Of a stretch of 64,000 nt of DNA, positions 46,805 through 57,031 are shown one piece after another (position 1 is the first letter of the stretch; every line of letters starts with the position of its first letter). The notes beneath the pieces are model-generated. The model was not told the DNA's origin and did not search any database. It worked only from the letters and a program-made list of their open reading frames with translations. This stretch comes from an uncultured Clostridia bacterium (GTDB lineage Bacteria; Bacillota; Clostridia; Oscillospirales; Ruminococcaceae): contig CANRAO010000002.1 of the NCBI GenBank assembly GCA_947628615.1, forward strand, positions 51,156 to 115,155, given 5' to 3'. The translations under genes and the position numbers were made by a program.

Positions 46805-47716
46805 TCACCACGGCTTTACCGTTCCTACAATTTCATTTATGTTCTTTACTCCTTTTTTATCGCACCATTCATTAAGTCCGTCAATTATCTTAACTGGTGC
46901 ATATGGATCGTTAAACATAACAGCACCGATCTGAAAACACTCCGCACCTGCCATCATCATTTCAATTGCGTCCTCTGCACAGGTTATTCCGCCCATTCCG
47001 CAAACGGGAATATCAACAGCATTAGCAACCTGCCATACCATTCTCACCGCTATAGGAAATACAGCAGGACCTGAAAGCCCGCCTACATTGTTTTTTAGAA
47101 TAGGACGTCTTGAATTTATATCTATTCTCATACCGAGCAGAGTATTGATCAAAGATATTGCGTCTGCTCCCTCTGCCTCGACAGCTTTGGCAATATCAAT
47201 TATACTGGTTACATTCGGTGAGAGTTTGACCATCAGCGGTTTTGACGTCGCACTTTTCACTGCCTTAGTAATTTCAGCCGCACAATCCCTGTTTGTTCCG
47301 AATGCCGCTCCGCCCTGCTTTACATTAGGACAGGATATATTAAGCTCAATAATATCTACGCTTGTTCCCTCCAGCATTGATACAAGTTCAACACACTCTT
47401 CTATTGTTCCTCCTGCAACATTTGCAATCACAGCTAAATCGTTTTTTTCAAGATTGGGAAGCTCATAAGCTAAAAACTTTCTTATACCGCCGTTTTGCAA
47501 GCCAACAGAGTTTAACATACCGCTTGGTGTTTCAGCAATTCTCGGAGGAGGATTGCCGTCCTTTTCATTAAGAGTTGTACCCTTAGTAGAAATACCTCCG
47601 ATTATTGAAAGCGGATAGAGGTCGGTATATTCACGTCCGTAGCCGTAAGCTCCGCTGGCTGTAATTAATGGATTTTTCATTTCAACCCCGCAAAAATTCA
47701 CAGATAGATCAGCCAT
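46805..47716 (-). CDS. pyrD: Dihydroorotate dehydrogenase 1B, catalytic subunit
   Basis: Class-1 DHOD motifs (NPLITASG, ELNISCPN, SLINT, GGLSGPA). It is translationally coupled to pyrK upstream. Confidence 0.93.
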   Translation of the reverse strand: MADLSVNFCGVEMKNPLITASGAYGYGREYTDLYPLSIIGGISTKGTTLNEKDGNPPPRIAETPSGMLNSVGLQNGGIRKFLAYELPNLEKNDLAVIANVAGGTIEECVELVSMLEGTSVDIIELNISCPNVKQGGAAFGTNRDCAAEITKAVKSATSKPLMVKLSPNVTSIIDIAKAVEAEGADAISLINTLLGMRIDINSRRPILKNNVGGLSGPAVFPIAVRMVWQVANAVDIPVCGMGGITCAEDAIEMMMAGAECFQIGAVMFNDPYAPVKIIDGLNEWCDKKGVKNINEIVGTVKPW

Positions 47717-48483
47717 TATAGCACAACCTCCTTTGAATCAAATACAGGTCCGTTCTTGCAAACATGACCGTAAAACTCACGTCCGCCCCGTGTCATTTTC
47801 ACAGCGCAGCCTAAACACGCCCCGACGCCGCATGCCATTCTCTCTTCAAGAGAAATCTGACAGCATATTTCGTTTTCTTTTGCTATTTCAGAAACTGCTT
47901 TGAGCATTACAACAGGGCCGCACGCGTAAATCATATCCGGCTTTTCTTCATTTATACACCTTATCAATGCGTCGGTAACAAAACCCTTTTCACCTGCTGT
48001 TCCGTCGTCAGTGCATAGTATTGTTTTATTGCCCTGTGATTTGAAGTCATCTTGAAGTATAACGAGGTTTTTTGTCCTAAAACCTGAAATAGCAGTTGCG
48101 TTTTCAGCGTAATACTTAGCCAAAGCCAGCATAGGGGGTGTTCCTATTCCTCCGCCGACTGTAATTACTTTTTTATCAGATTCAAGCAGTTTAAAGCCGA
48201 TACCCAGAGGTCCTAACATATCAAGCCTCTCCCCGACCTCAAATTTAGAAAGTGCGTCTGTTCCTTTTCCCTTGATTTGAAAAACTATGCGTATTGTACC
48301 GTTATTCTTATCAATATCGCAAATGGATATAGGACGTCGCAGAAAAAAACCGGGAACACTTATATGAACAAACTGTCCGGGATTTGCCAAATCGCTTAAT
48401 TCCCTGCAAGACAGCGTAAGGTCGAACGTATCCTCAGCAGTCTGTGCTTTTTTTATTATTTCATACATACCTTGCGTGTACAT
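47716..48483 (-). CDS. pyrK: Dihydroorotate dehydrogenase 1B, electron-transfer subunit
   Basis: FAD/NAD-binding fold (RRPISI, GGGIG) and a C-terminal 2Fe-2S Cys cluster (CGVGACLGCAV..C). Confidence 0.9.
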   Translation of the reverse strand: MYTQGMYEIIKKAQTAEDTFDLTLSCRELSDLANPGQFVHISVPGFFLRRPISICDIDKNNGTIRIVFQIKGKGTDALSKFEVGERLDMLGPLGIGFKLLESDKKVITVGGGIGTPPMLALAKYYAENATAISGFRTKNLVILQDDFKSQGNKTILCTDDGTAGEKGFVTDALIRCINEEKPDMIYACGPVVMLKAVSEIAKENEICCQISLEERMACGVGACLGCAVKMTRGGREFYGHVCKNGPVFDSKEVVL

Positions 48484-48508
48484 AAAAACTTCCTTTCACA
48501 TCAACGCA

Positions 48509-49366
48509 TCAAAGCGTTTCATAATCCCTGAACACCTGAGTATTTATAAGCCAGCTTAGACAACCCTCCAGCATAATTCCATCGCTTGGTTCAGTCGAAT
48601 AGCTGAATGTGGTTTTTATTGCAAGCTCGGTAAATGACGTTGCTCTGTTTATAGCAATCGGCAAACTGTCGCCCTTTAGAAGCCCCCCTACAAGAACACT
48701 TGAAAACATATCTCCGCAGCCAGAATAATGTGCAGGAACATAATCGCACGAAACCTTCCAGAAGGTAGAATGTTCTTTGTCATACCCGACATTGCAAAGC
48801 CCAGAACCTGCCAGTGCAACGCTTGTAATGACTACCACTTTTGGTCCAATTTCAGAAAGTCTTACAAGCCAAGATTTAATTTCAGACGCTCTCATAGTGC
48901 CGGGCTGATATTCCTCACCTAATAGGATAGCCGCCTCAGTCAGATTAGGAGTTATAACGTCAGCCTTTCTGACAAGCTCTATCATTCTTTCGCACATTTT
49001 TTTAGTGTAAGTTGGATAAGGCTTTCCTCCGTCGCCCATTACAGGGTCGCATACTTTCAAAGAATCCTTAAAGCTGTCAAAAAATTCAAGACAATGATCC
49101 ACTTGCTCCTGAGAACTTAGAAATCCTGTATATACGCAGTCAAATTTATAATTCATTTTATTATAGTGCCCGAGAGTGGGCTTTATATAATCTGTAAGGT
49201 CACGAAAAACAAAGTCGTCAAATCCTGTGTGCGCCGACAATACTGCCGTCGGTACAGGACAAACCTGTATTCCCATTGCCGACAGCGACGGTATTATAAC
49301 CGTCAGCGAGCAGCGTCCGACTCCGGAAATATCATTGATAGCCGCAACCTTTTTACACTCAAGCAT
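48509..49366 (-). CDS. pdxK: Pyridoxal/pyridoxamine kinase
   Basis: Ribokinase-like PdxK pattern: AINDISGVGRCSLTVIIPSLSAMG..VPTAVLSAHTG and a GCGDMFSS anion hole. Confidence 0.8.
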   Translation of the reverse strand: MLECKKVAAINDISGVGRCSLTVIIPSLSAMGIQVCPVPTAVLSAHTGFDDFVFRDLTDYIKPTLGHYNKMNYKFDCVYTGFLSSQEQVDHCLEFFDSFKDSLKVCDPVMGDGGKPYPTYTKKMCERMIELVRKADVITPNLTEAAILLGEEYQPGTMRASEIKSWLVRLSEIGPKVVVITSVALAGSGLCNVGYDKEHSTFWKVSCDYVPAHYSGCGDMFSSVLVGGLLKGDSLPIAINRATSFTELAIKTTFSYSTEPSDGIMLEGCLSWLINTQVFRDYETL

Positions 49367-49518
49367 TAAAATTTCCCCTAAAAAAATTCATATAATTTCT
49401 AAAATAGTATATCATATTTTTCATTGATTAACAACCTTATATTACAAAAAAATCTCTGAATATACAATTGTTTTTTCGGGAAAATTACTATTACCAATTA
49501 ATAAAAGGAGGATATATT

Positions 49519-49695
49519 ATGAAAATCAACATAAGCTCGCTTGCTAAGGGAATTACAATAGGTATGGCTGTCGGCGCTGCAACTTACGCTTTAACAAATG
49601 CCACTAAAAAAGACAAGAGAATGCTAAAATCAAACACAGGTAAAGCTATAAAAGCTATCGGTGAGGTTTTTGAAGACTTCGGAACTATGTTTTAA
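49519..49695 (+). CDS. Hypothetical small protein (58 aa) with one hydrophobic segment
   Basis: AAGGAGG RBS 7 nt before the ATG at 49519 (MKINISSLAKGITIGMAVGAATYAL..). The ORF-track start at 49468 lacks an RBS. Confidence 0.6.
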   Translation: MKINISSLAKGITIGMAVGAATYALTNATKKDKRMLKSNTGKAIKAIGEVFEDFGTMF

Positions 49696-49720
49696 TTCAA
49701 TTAGTTTCTTTGCAGAATAA

Positions 49721-49743
49721 AAAGAGCGGTCTAACCGCTCTTT
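49721..49743. terminator. Bidirectional terminator between the small ORF and the ABC-F gene
   Basis: aaagagcgg-tctaa-ccgctcttt hairpin. Confidence 0.75.
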
Positions 49744-49753
49744 ACATATCGCC

Positions 49754-51682
49754 TTACTCTAACTCTGCCCACTCTTCAAGCCTGTTATCGAGGAGTTGCT
49801 TTTTCTCTTCAAGCTCTATACACTTTTCTGCACACAATTCATAATCAGCGGCTATCTCAGGAGTTGAAATCTCTGCTTCAAGCTGTGAAATTGACTGTTC
49901 AAGGTATTCGATCTCAGTTTCAAGCTCTTTGATACGCTGTTTTTTCTTTACATCAGCCGCACGCTGCTCTTTGGTTCTGTATTGCTTCTGTTTGGAATTC
50001 TGTTTAACTTTTTCAGTTGGAGAATTGTTATTTTCGCGGCTTTTTGATGTCTCATTTGCCTTTTGCTCACGATAGAAGTCATAGTTTCCATTGTATGACT
50101 TAACTCCGCTTTCTGTGAGCTCAATAATTCTGGTAGATAGCTTATTGAGCAGATACCTGTCGTGGGAAACAAGAATAATCGTACCCTCATATCCAGTTAA
50201 AGCCTGCTCTAAGACCTCTTTAGTCATTAAATCTAAATGATTAGTCGGCTCGTCAAGAATTAAAACATTTGCCCTTTTAAGCGTTAAAATTGCAAAACAC
50301 AGCTTTGCCCGTTCACCGCCCGAAAGCACTCCCACCTGCTTGAATACATTATCTCCTGTCAAAAGAACGCTTCCTAAAACCTTTCTTATCTGCTCGTCAG
50401 TCATTCTCGGAAAGAGCCTGTGTACCTCGTCAATAACAGTATTGCTCTTGTCAAGCGAAGTGTTTTCCTGTTCAAAATAAGCTGATTTAACATTGTTTGC
50501 CCATTCAATACTGCCATTGCTGTGCTTATTTATTCCCTGAATAAGCCTAAGTATTGAAGTCTTGCCTATACCGTTTCTGCCAATAATAGATACCTTTTCC
50601 CCTCGCTTAACTTCAAAGCTAAAGCTATCAAGCAAGGTTTTTTTGCCCTCTCCCTCACCGACCGTCAAATCACAGTTTTCAACGGTGAGAATATCCTTTG
50701 TAGGTTCATAATCATATTCAAGTCTGATTTTCGGAGGCTTTATATAGTTAATCGGCTTTTCAATACGCTCTATTTTATCAAGCATATGCTGTCTGCTTTT
50801 CGCCATATTTGCAGTAGACGCCCGAACCTTGTTTTTAGCTATATAATCCTCCAGCTTTGCAATTTCCTTCTGCTGAATTTCATATGCTTTGTTCTGACGC
50901 TCAAGATTCATCTCTCTTTGAGCTACATAAGATGAATAGTTGCCCTTGTAAATAGTCAGTCGTTTGTTTTCTATTTCAAATATTTTTGTGCATAGCTTGT
51001 TAAGAAAATATCTGTCGTGCGAAACTATTATTATTGCACCCTTATAGCCTTTTAAGTAATCTTCAAGCCATGCAAGAGTGTCAAGATCAAGATGGTTTGT
51101 CGGCTCGTCCAGAATAAGCAAGTCAGGTTCCTCTAATAACAGCTTTGCCATTGCAAGACGTGTCTTCTCTCCGCCGGAAAGATTGTCTATTATTCTATCA
51201 GTATCAAAATCTCTAAAGCCCATTCCGTTTAACACTGTTGAGATCTTAACATCTATCCGGTAACCGTCATTTGCTTCAAAATAGCTCGAAAGCTCTGAAT
51301 ATTCATCTGACAGCTCTTTTTTTGTATTTTCATCGCTTAAACTGCCCATACTCTTTTCAAGCTCTTTCATTCTCTTATAGGCATTAAGAAGTTTTTCAAA
51401 AGGCCTCTTCATCTCATCTTTTATAGTATTGCTGCTCTCTAAACCGCTGTTCTGCGCCAAAAATCCTATGGTAACTTGGTTTGCTATACTCAGTTTACCC
51501 TTACCGTCCGGAGTTTTGTCAATGCTTTCATAACCCATAATGATTCTCAAAAGTGTTGATTTTCCACAGCCGTTTTGACCTACTAAACCTATAACATCTT
51601 TGTCCTCAACCGTAAAATTTATATCTGACAGCAAAAGCTCTCCGCCAAAGTATTTATATAAGTTTTCACAATTAATAAGCAT
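49754..51682 (-). CDS. ABC-F family ATPase (Uup/EttA-like translation factor)
   Basis: Two ABC cassettes (GQNGCGKST..LSGGE..ILDEPTNHLD; GRNGIGKTS..LSGGE..ILDEPTNHLD), no TM domain, and a C-terminal coiled coil. GGAGA RBS before the ATG at 51682. Confidence 0.9.
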   Translation of the reverse strand: MLINCENLYKYFGGELLLSDINFTVEDKDVIGLVGQNGCGKSTLLRIIMGYESIDKTPDGKGKLSIANQVTIGFLAQNSGLESSNTIKDEMKRPFEKLLNAYKRMKELEKSMGSLSDENTKKELSDEYSELSSYFEANDGYRIDVKISTVLNGMGFRDFDTDRIIDNLSGGEKTRLAMAKLLLEEPDLLILDEPTNHLDLDTLAWLEDYLKGYKGAIIIVSHDRYFLNKLCTKIFEIENKRLTIYKGNYSSYVAQREMNLERQNKAYEIQQKEIAKLEDYIAKNKVRASTANMAKSRQHMLDKIERIEKPINYIKPPKIRLEYDYEPTKDILTVENCDLTVGEGEGKKTLLDSFSFEVKRGEKVSIIGRNGIGKTSILRLIQGINKHSNGSIEWANNVKSAYFEQENTSLDKSNTVIDEVHRLFPRMTDEQIRKVLGSVLLTGDNVFKQVGVLSGGERAKLCFAILTLKRANVLILDEPTNHLDLMTKEVLEQALTGYEGTIILVSHDRYLLNKLSTRIIELTESGVKSYNGNYDFYREQKANETSKSRENNNSPTEKVKQNSKQKQYRTKEQRAADVKKKQRIKELETEIEYLEQSISQLEAEISTPEIAADYELCAEKCIELEEKKQLLDNRLEEWAELE

Positions 51683-51877
51683 AAATGTTCTCCGTATACC
51701 ATTTTTCAAAGTATTTCTCTGCAATCTCAACTAATATAATAATATACTTCGGGGAAAATATCAATATGAAGTTGCCTTGTAAATACTTTTTATGTATAAT
51801 ATATTTAGCATACAGTTTATCTTATGGGTATGCGTGATGTTTAATTATATACAATTTGGGACAGCAAAATTTAAGGA

Positions 51878-52948
51878 ATGGTGATTAAAATTAAAAATAA
51901 AATCTTTTCATTCATCTGCGTTATTTTAACCCTTACCACATATTTTTCAGGTAGTGTTATCAATGTCTTTGCAGAGCAGACAACAAAGCTGGTTAAGGTT
52001 TCTACACCGCAGTGTATGCTTGTACTTGGCGATTCAATTTCCACCGGCTTCGGTCTTACTAATTATAAATCGGGCAACAACTATAACACACAGTCTTATG
52101 CAAATCTTCTTGCGAAAAAGTACAAACTGTCTCAAAACAAAGATTATTACAATTATGCAATAGACGGTCAAACTTCCATTGAGTTATATTCCAGAGTTAA
52201 ATCGGGAAATTACAATGAAGATATAAAAAAATCTGATCTTGTATTGATTTCCATAGGCGGAAACGATCTTCTCAGTGCGCTTTTTGAATTTATAAGCGGC
52301 ACTATGGGAGCAAGCCTTACCGGTGAAGAATCATCAGTTGATTTTGATTTTACCGATCCTGATATTTTAACCAAACTTAACAAAATGGTTCAGACGATAA
52401 ACAATAATATCACGAAGCTAAAGGGCAACTTAATAGGTATTACTGACAAAATACATGAATTAAATTCCAATGCAGAGGTTGTTTTTCAAACGGTTTACAA
52501 TCCCTTAGACGGTCTGAAAATAGAAATACCAAGTCTTATCACAGACGTTTTTGTTTCAAGAATAGAAGAGGTAAACCGCATAATAAATATGAATTCTAAC
52601 ACCGACGATAATAAGCAAAGATATAATGTCGCAGATATATATACCATCTTTTCAGGAAAATCTACAGAGCTTACTAATATAGGCAAAACAGACATTCACC
52701 CCAATGCGAAAGGACATGAAAAAATAAGCGAGTGTATTGACGCAATTGTTGTTGAAAAAACCTTTTATGCAAATGTCACGGTGAATGAAAACGTACCTAA
52801 AGAAAAGAATACATCAAGAGCGGCAAAGTCTCCGATATTTGCCCCTGTAATTATAATGGTAATAATAGTTCTGATAATCGCCGCAGGTGCGTTAAGCGTG
52901 ATACTCAGAAAAAGAAGAAAGGAAGAATATCATATAAGACGATACTGA
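51878..52948 (+). CDS. SGNH/GDSL-family hydrolase with signal peptide and C-terminal TM anchor
   Basis: GDS block (LVLGDSIS), GGND block, and a DxxHP block (DIHPNAKGH). C-terminal IFAPVIIMVIIVLIIAAGALSVIL followed by RKRRKE. Confidence 0.85.
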   Translation: MVIKIKNKIFSFICVILTLTTYFSGSVINVFAEQTTKLVKVSTPQCMLVLGDSISTGFGLTNYKSGNNYNTQSYANLLAKKYKLSQNKDYYNYAIDGQTSIELYSRVKSGNYNEDIKKSDLVLISIGGNDLLSALFEFISGTMGASLTGEESSVDFDFTDPDILTKLNKMVQTINNNITKLKGNLIGITDKIHELNSNAEVVFQTVYNPLDGLKIEIPSLITDVFVSRIEEVNRIINMNSNTDDNKQRYNVADIYTIFSGKSTELTNIGKTDIHPNAKGHEKISECIDAIVVEKTFYANVTVNENVPKEKNTSRAAKSPIFAPVIIMVIIVLIIAAGALSVILRKRRKEEYHIRRY

Positions 52949-52980
52949 TATAATATAACTGAAAAAAGACATCAGGCAAC

Positions 52981-53016
52981 GGCATACAAGCAAAAGTTTG
53001 TATGCCTTATTTTTTT
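52981..53016 (+). terminator. Intrinsic terminator of the GDSL hydrolase gene
   Basis: ggcatacaa/ttgtatgcc stem followed by ttattttttt. It overlaps the ORF-track start of the next ORF. Confidence 0.8.
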
Positions 53017-53134
53017 GACGAATTCATATTCCTATAGTTTCACAGAAATACAGCGTAAAGAATACTATAACATAACGGTTATATTCTGTAAAAATGAACG
53101 TAAAGAACATTTAAAAGTCAGCGAGGTGAACGGC

Positions 53135-53704
53135 TTGAGAATTATTCATATATCGAATAACACAATAAAAATAGTTCTGACGCAAAACGATTTAGCAATG
53201 CTTGAGATAGACTTTTCAAAATGCGATCGAAATTCTCCCGAAGCAAAAAAGCTGGTAGACATTCTTCTCAACATACTAAAAAGAAGCGGAATTTACGACA
53301 TCGGAAGCAAAATATATGTTGAGATTTTTGAAGAATTCACAGGCGGCTGCGTTGTATATATAACCAGAAAAGAAAACGGCAAGAAATTAAATAAGGATAA
53401 TTCTCACCTGATGTACTATGTAATGTTTCAGACCGACAGCATAAAAGAACTTATTGATCTCTGTTTAAATCTGAAAAACGGAATAGGTATAATTATCAAG
53501 TCAAGCGTCCTCTATTTTTCAGAAAATATATATAGACTGTTAATTTCATTTCCGAAGTCATATATCAAACAGGCTGCAAAAACTTTAAAGAAAATAAAAT
53601 GCTACAGTTCAAACGACCGTCTTGTTATTGAACAAACAAAAGAGCATTACGATTTATTGATAAACAGTAATGCTCTGAATAAAATTTCCGAATTATATCA
53701 GTAG
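53135..53704 (+). CDS. mecA: MecA-like adaptor protein
   Basis: GAGGTG RBS 6 nt before the in-frame TTG at 53135, giving (M)RIIHISNNTIKIVLTQNDLAMLEIDF..NSPEAKKLVDILL, which resembles a MecA N-terminus. The ORF-track start at 53015 sits inside the upstream terminator. Confidence 0.65.
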   Translation: MRIIHISNNTIKIVLTQNDLAMLEIDFSKCDRNSPEAKKLVDILLNILKRSGIYDIGSKIYVEIFEEFTGGCVVYITRKENGKKLNKDNSHLMYYVMFQTDSIKELIDLCLNLKNGIGIIIKSSVLYFSENIYRLLISFPKSYIKQAAKTLKKIKCYSSNDRLVIEQTKEHYDLLINSNALNKISELYQ

Positions 53705-53705
53705 A

Positions 53706-54359
53706 CTATTTAAGCGATTTGACCGCTTTTGACATATCGTCAGCTTTGAACAAATATGTTCCCGCAACAAGTATATTTGCACCGTTTTTCTTGACCTCAC
53801 AACAGGTCTTATCAGTAATTCCGCCGTCCACCTGAATATCAATTTCCAGTCCCAACTCATCTGCTTTTTGACGGATCTCCCTTATCTTCTCCAAAGTAAA
53901 CGACAAAAATCCCTGACCTCCGAATCCCGGCTCAACAGTCATAACAAGAACCATATCAAGTAATTCAAGAAACTCAAAAACCTCCGAAGCGGGAGTATTC
54001 GGCTTTATGGAAAGCCCGGCTTTGCAGCCATGCTTTTTGCATATGTCAATACACTTCTTTACGTCATTTGTAGCCTCTGAATGAAAAGTTATAATATCGG
54101 CACCGCACTTTGCAAATTCGGATATATATTTTTCAGGATCAGTTATCATAAGATGAACGTCAAAAGGCAGATCAGTTTTTGTCTTTGCCGATTTAAGCAC
54201 AGGAAGCCCGAAACTTATATTGTCTACAAAAACCCCGTCCATAACATCAAAGTGAACATAATCAACCTTCGCCTTTTCCAGTCTCTTTATCTCACTTTCG
54301 ATATTTGCCAGGTCGCAGCCTAAAATAGATGCCGAGACCAATATATTTTTTTCTGTCAT
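53706..54359 (-). CDS. rpe: Ribulose-phosphate 3-epimerase
   Basis: SILGCDL..HFDVMDG.FV.N..FG..DVHLM..VEPGFGGQ.F..VDGG are canonical Rpe motifs. ATG at 54359 (MTEKNIL..). Confidence 0.93.
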   Translation of the reverse strand: MTEKNILVSASILGCDLANIESEIKRLEKAKVDYVHFDVMDGVFVDNISFGLPVLKSAKTKTDLPFDVHLMITDPEKYISEFAKCGADIITFHSEATNDVKKCIDICKKHGCKAGLSIKPNTPASEVFEFLELLDMVLVMTVEPGFGGQGFLSFTLEKIREIRQKADELGLEIDIQVDGGITDKTCCEVKKNGANILVAGTYLFKADDMSKAVKSLK

Positions 54360-54389
54360 AAATTTAACACTTCCTTTCAAAACTTAAAT

Positions 54390-55307
54390 CTAGTATTTAA
54401 GCTCGCTTCCCCCGTAAAACTCCCTGACGACCGAATCCTTAACCACCTGACAATCGCCCAGTGAATCTATCTGCTTAAACATTTTTTCAATAGACTCGAA
54501 TTTGTGATAATCAGGATAGGTGTTTTTAATATTCAAAAGCATAGGCATAAGATAGTCCTTATACACGGAAAGCTCATATCCTATGAATGTATCGATCTCA
54601 AAATGAGAGCGTTCCTTAAAGGGCATTATATAAAGATTCTCTCCGCGCTCGACGCTTTTAAAATGGTCAAGAACAGTCTCAATACTTCTGGCACGAAACT
54701 GCGTATCACGTATAATACGTCTAATAAGCCTTATTTTCGACGGGTGGAACGAAACGCCGTCCTTATCAATTATTCTGGTTCTGACGCTTACATATATATT
54801 GTTTGAATAATCATCGTTATCTCCTGTTACATCGGGATTAAGTGCGTGAATTCCCTCAACAACAACTATCTCGTTTTTCTTCCTTTTATACTTTTCTTTT
54901 AAAACCCTGCTCTGTGTTTTAAAATTAAAGTCAGGCAGGATTACTTCTTTGCATTCGGAAATAGCCTCAAGCTGTTCCTTTAAAAATGGAATATCTATTC
55001 TTTCAGGAGCTTCAAAATCAACATTTTCACAATCGTCATCAAGAGGGAAAAAATAATCATCAAGCGATAATGTTTTTGTAGGATGTCCTAAGTTTTCAAG
55101 CAGTCTTTCCAGTCTTAAGGCGGTAGTAGTCTTACCGGAGCCCGACGGACCTGAAAGAAGTATAATCGGTCTGTCAAAGGAACGGTCGCTTATTGCAGAC
55201 GCAACCTCTAAAAGCTGTGAATCATATTCTCTTTCACATTCACTTATATATTTGGTTCTGTCGGTTCGCAAATTCAAATTTATCTTATCGACCGAAATCT
55301 TATTCAT
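54390..55307 (-). CDS. Uridine kinase/phosphoribulokinase-family P-loop nucleoside kinase-like protein
   Basis: Walker A GPSGSGKTT and a VVVEGIHALNP block. 305 aa. Confidence 0.65.
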   Translation of the reverse strand: MNKISVDKINLNLRTDRTKYISECEREYDSQLLEVASAISDRSFDRPIILLSGPSGSGKTTTALRLERLLENLGHPTKTLSLDDYFFPLDDDCENVDFEAPERIDIPFLKEQLEAISECKEVILPDFNFKTQSRVLKEKYKRKKNEIVVVEGIHALNPDVTGDNDDYSNNIYVSVRTRIIDKDGVSFHPSKIRLIRRIIRDTQFRARSIETVLDHFKSVERGENLYIMPFKERSHFEIDTFIGYELSVYKDYLMPMLLNIKNTYPDYHKFESIEKMFKQIDSLGDCQVVKDSVVREFYGGSELKY

Positions 55308-55505
55308 ACTGATCTCCGTTTCTTACTTGGAATTTCATCTTTAAACAATCTATTCAAAATACCGTAAAAGCTTAAAATTCTATTATTTAGTATAACATCA
55401 TTTTTACTCTTTTTCAATATTAACACAATAGAAAATATCACATATAATGAACTATCCCTTATTTTTATCATTATAACAAATCTTATGCTTGGAGGGCTAA
55501 CCCTT

Positions 55506-56390
55506 ATGATTAATAATAAAACAATACTGGTGCTTGGCGGTGATTCCCGTCAGACATTTTTAGCAAAAAGATTAAAAAATAAAGGACATGATGTTTACTG
55601 CTTCGGCTTTAATCTTTATAATAATTCTGAACTCAAAAGAATATCGAGCCTGGCTGACATCAAAGAAAAAATCGACGTTTTAGTGCTTCCAATAATATCG
55701 AGCAACGACGACAGGACTGTAAACGCTCCGTTTTATGACGGAGAAATCACTCTTGAAGAAGCTATTTCCACAATGAAACCGCACAGCATAGTTGTAGGCG
55801 GAAACCTTAGCAAGAGTCTTAGGACTTTGTTTTTTGAGCACGGGCATTTCTCTGTGGACTACTATATCCGCGACGAACTAAAAATAAAAAACTGCATTCC
55901 AACGGCGGAAGGTGCATTATCTATAGCCATTGAAGAAATGCCGTGTACAGTCGCAGGTTCAAAGGTACTTATAATAGGCTTCGGCAGAGTTGGCAAAGCC
56001 TGTGCAAAGCTATTCAAAGCATTAGAAAGCGACGTATCGATTTGTGCAAGAAACCTAAACGCATTCGCATGGGCAGAATTATACGGTTACAAGTCAATAG
56101 AAATTGATAAAATCGACGTCTATCTCTCTGACTTTGATTTGATTATAAACACAGTGCCTGCCAAAATTCTCGACAAGGAAAAGCTGTCGAAGATAAACAA
56201 GAACGCTCTTGTTATTGACCTTGCCTCAAAGCCGGGCGGCGTGGACTTTGACAATGCAAGACAGCTTGGTCTGAAAACAATATGGGCTCTCAGTCTGCCG
56301 GGAAAGGTTGCACCTGTTACATCGGGACAGATAATCGCAGATACTATACTTAACATACTCGATGAAAGGGGCGACGATCCTTGGCAATAA
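55506..56390 (+). CDS. dpaA: Dipicolinate synthase subunit A
   Basis: GGAGGG RBS 9 nt before the ATG at 55506. NAD-binding GFGRVGKA. It is paired with dpaB downstream, with overlapping stop and start. Confidence 0.85.
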   Translation: MINNKTILVLGGDSRQTFLAKRLKNKGHDVYCFGFNLYNNSELKRISSLADIKEKIDVLVLPIISSNDDRTVNAPFYDGEITLEEAISTMKPHSIVVGGNLSKSLRTLFFEHGHFSVDYYIRDELKIKNCIPTAEGALSIAIEEMPCTVAGSKVLIIGFGRVGKACAKLFKALESDVSICARNLNAFAWAELYGYKSIEIDKIDVYLSDFDLIINTVPAKILDKEKLSKINKNALVIDLASKPGGVDFDNARQLGLKTIWALSLPGKVAPVTSGQIIADTILNILDERGDDPWQ

Positions 56391-56980
56391 ACAAAGACAA
56401 CATATTCGATGGGCTTAGAGTGGGATTCTGCGTTTGCGGATCCTTTTGTACTTTTGAAAAAGCATTTTCCTGTGCTTCGCAGCTTGTGCAGATAGGGTGC
56501 GAGGTAACTCCGATAATGTCGTTTAATTCCTCAACTATTAACACACGTTTCGGAAAGGCTTCTGATAATGTTGAATGGCTTGAAAGAATTTGCAAGCGAA
56601 AAGCTATAGTCACCATTGAGGACGCCGAACCAATAGGACCTAAAAAGATGTTTGACATTATCGTAGTAGCACCCTGTACTGCCAATACTCTTGCAAAACT
56701 GGCACTAGGGATCACCGATACCCCTGTTACAATGGCGTGCAAATCGCATCTGAGAAACTCAAGACCGGTACTTATTGCAATCTCAACTAACGACGCTCTT
56801 TCAGCCAGTGCAAAGAACATAGGAACACTGCAAAACTACAAAAACTACTATTTCGTTCCCTATTCACAAGACGATTACATCAACAAGCCGAATTCAATAG
56901 TGGCTCACTTTGAGCTTGTACCCGAAGCTATTTCATATGCTCTTGAAGGGCGTCAAATTCAACCCGTGTTAAAAAAGTAA
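56381..56980 (+). CDS. dpaB: Dipicolinate synthase subunit B (flavoprotein)
   Basis: TTG start. LRVGFCVCGSFCTF..NTRFG..APCTANTLAKLA..STNDAL..PNSIVA parallels B. subtilis SpoVFB as I recall it. Confidence 0.85.
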   Translation: MAINKDNIFDGLRVGFCVCGSFCTFEKAFSCASQLVQIGCEVTPIMSFNSSTINTRFGKASDNVEWLERICKRKAIVTIEDAEPIGPKKMFDIIVVAPCTANTLAKLALGITDTPVTMACKSHLRNSRPVLIAISTNDALSASAKNIGTLQNYKNYYFVPYSQDDYINKPNSIVAHFELVPEAISYALEGRQIQPVLKK

Positions 56981-56990
56981 TACAACATAA

Positions 56991-57028
56991 AAAAGCAGCT
57001 AAAGGAGAATTTTCCAAAGCTGCTTTTT
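56991..57028. terminator. Bidirectional terminator between dpaB and nadA
   Basis: aaaagcagct/agctgctttt stem with flanking A- and T-runs. Confidence 0.75.
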
Positions 57029-57031
57029 ATT

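Noticed and set aside
53015-53134. N-terminal 40-aa extension of the MecA-like ORF in the ORF track.
   Set aside because: The proposed start lies inside the terminator T-run of the upstream GDSL gene. A GAGGTG RBS precedes the in-frame TTG at 53135, after which the MecA-like sequence begins.
56350-56820. 156-aa ORF on the minus strand.
   Set aside because: It is entirely antisense to the well-supported dpaB (and the dpaA end), has no RBS, and its composition mirrors the sense gene. It is spurious.
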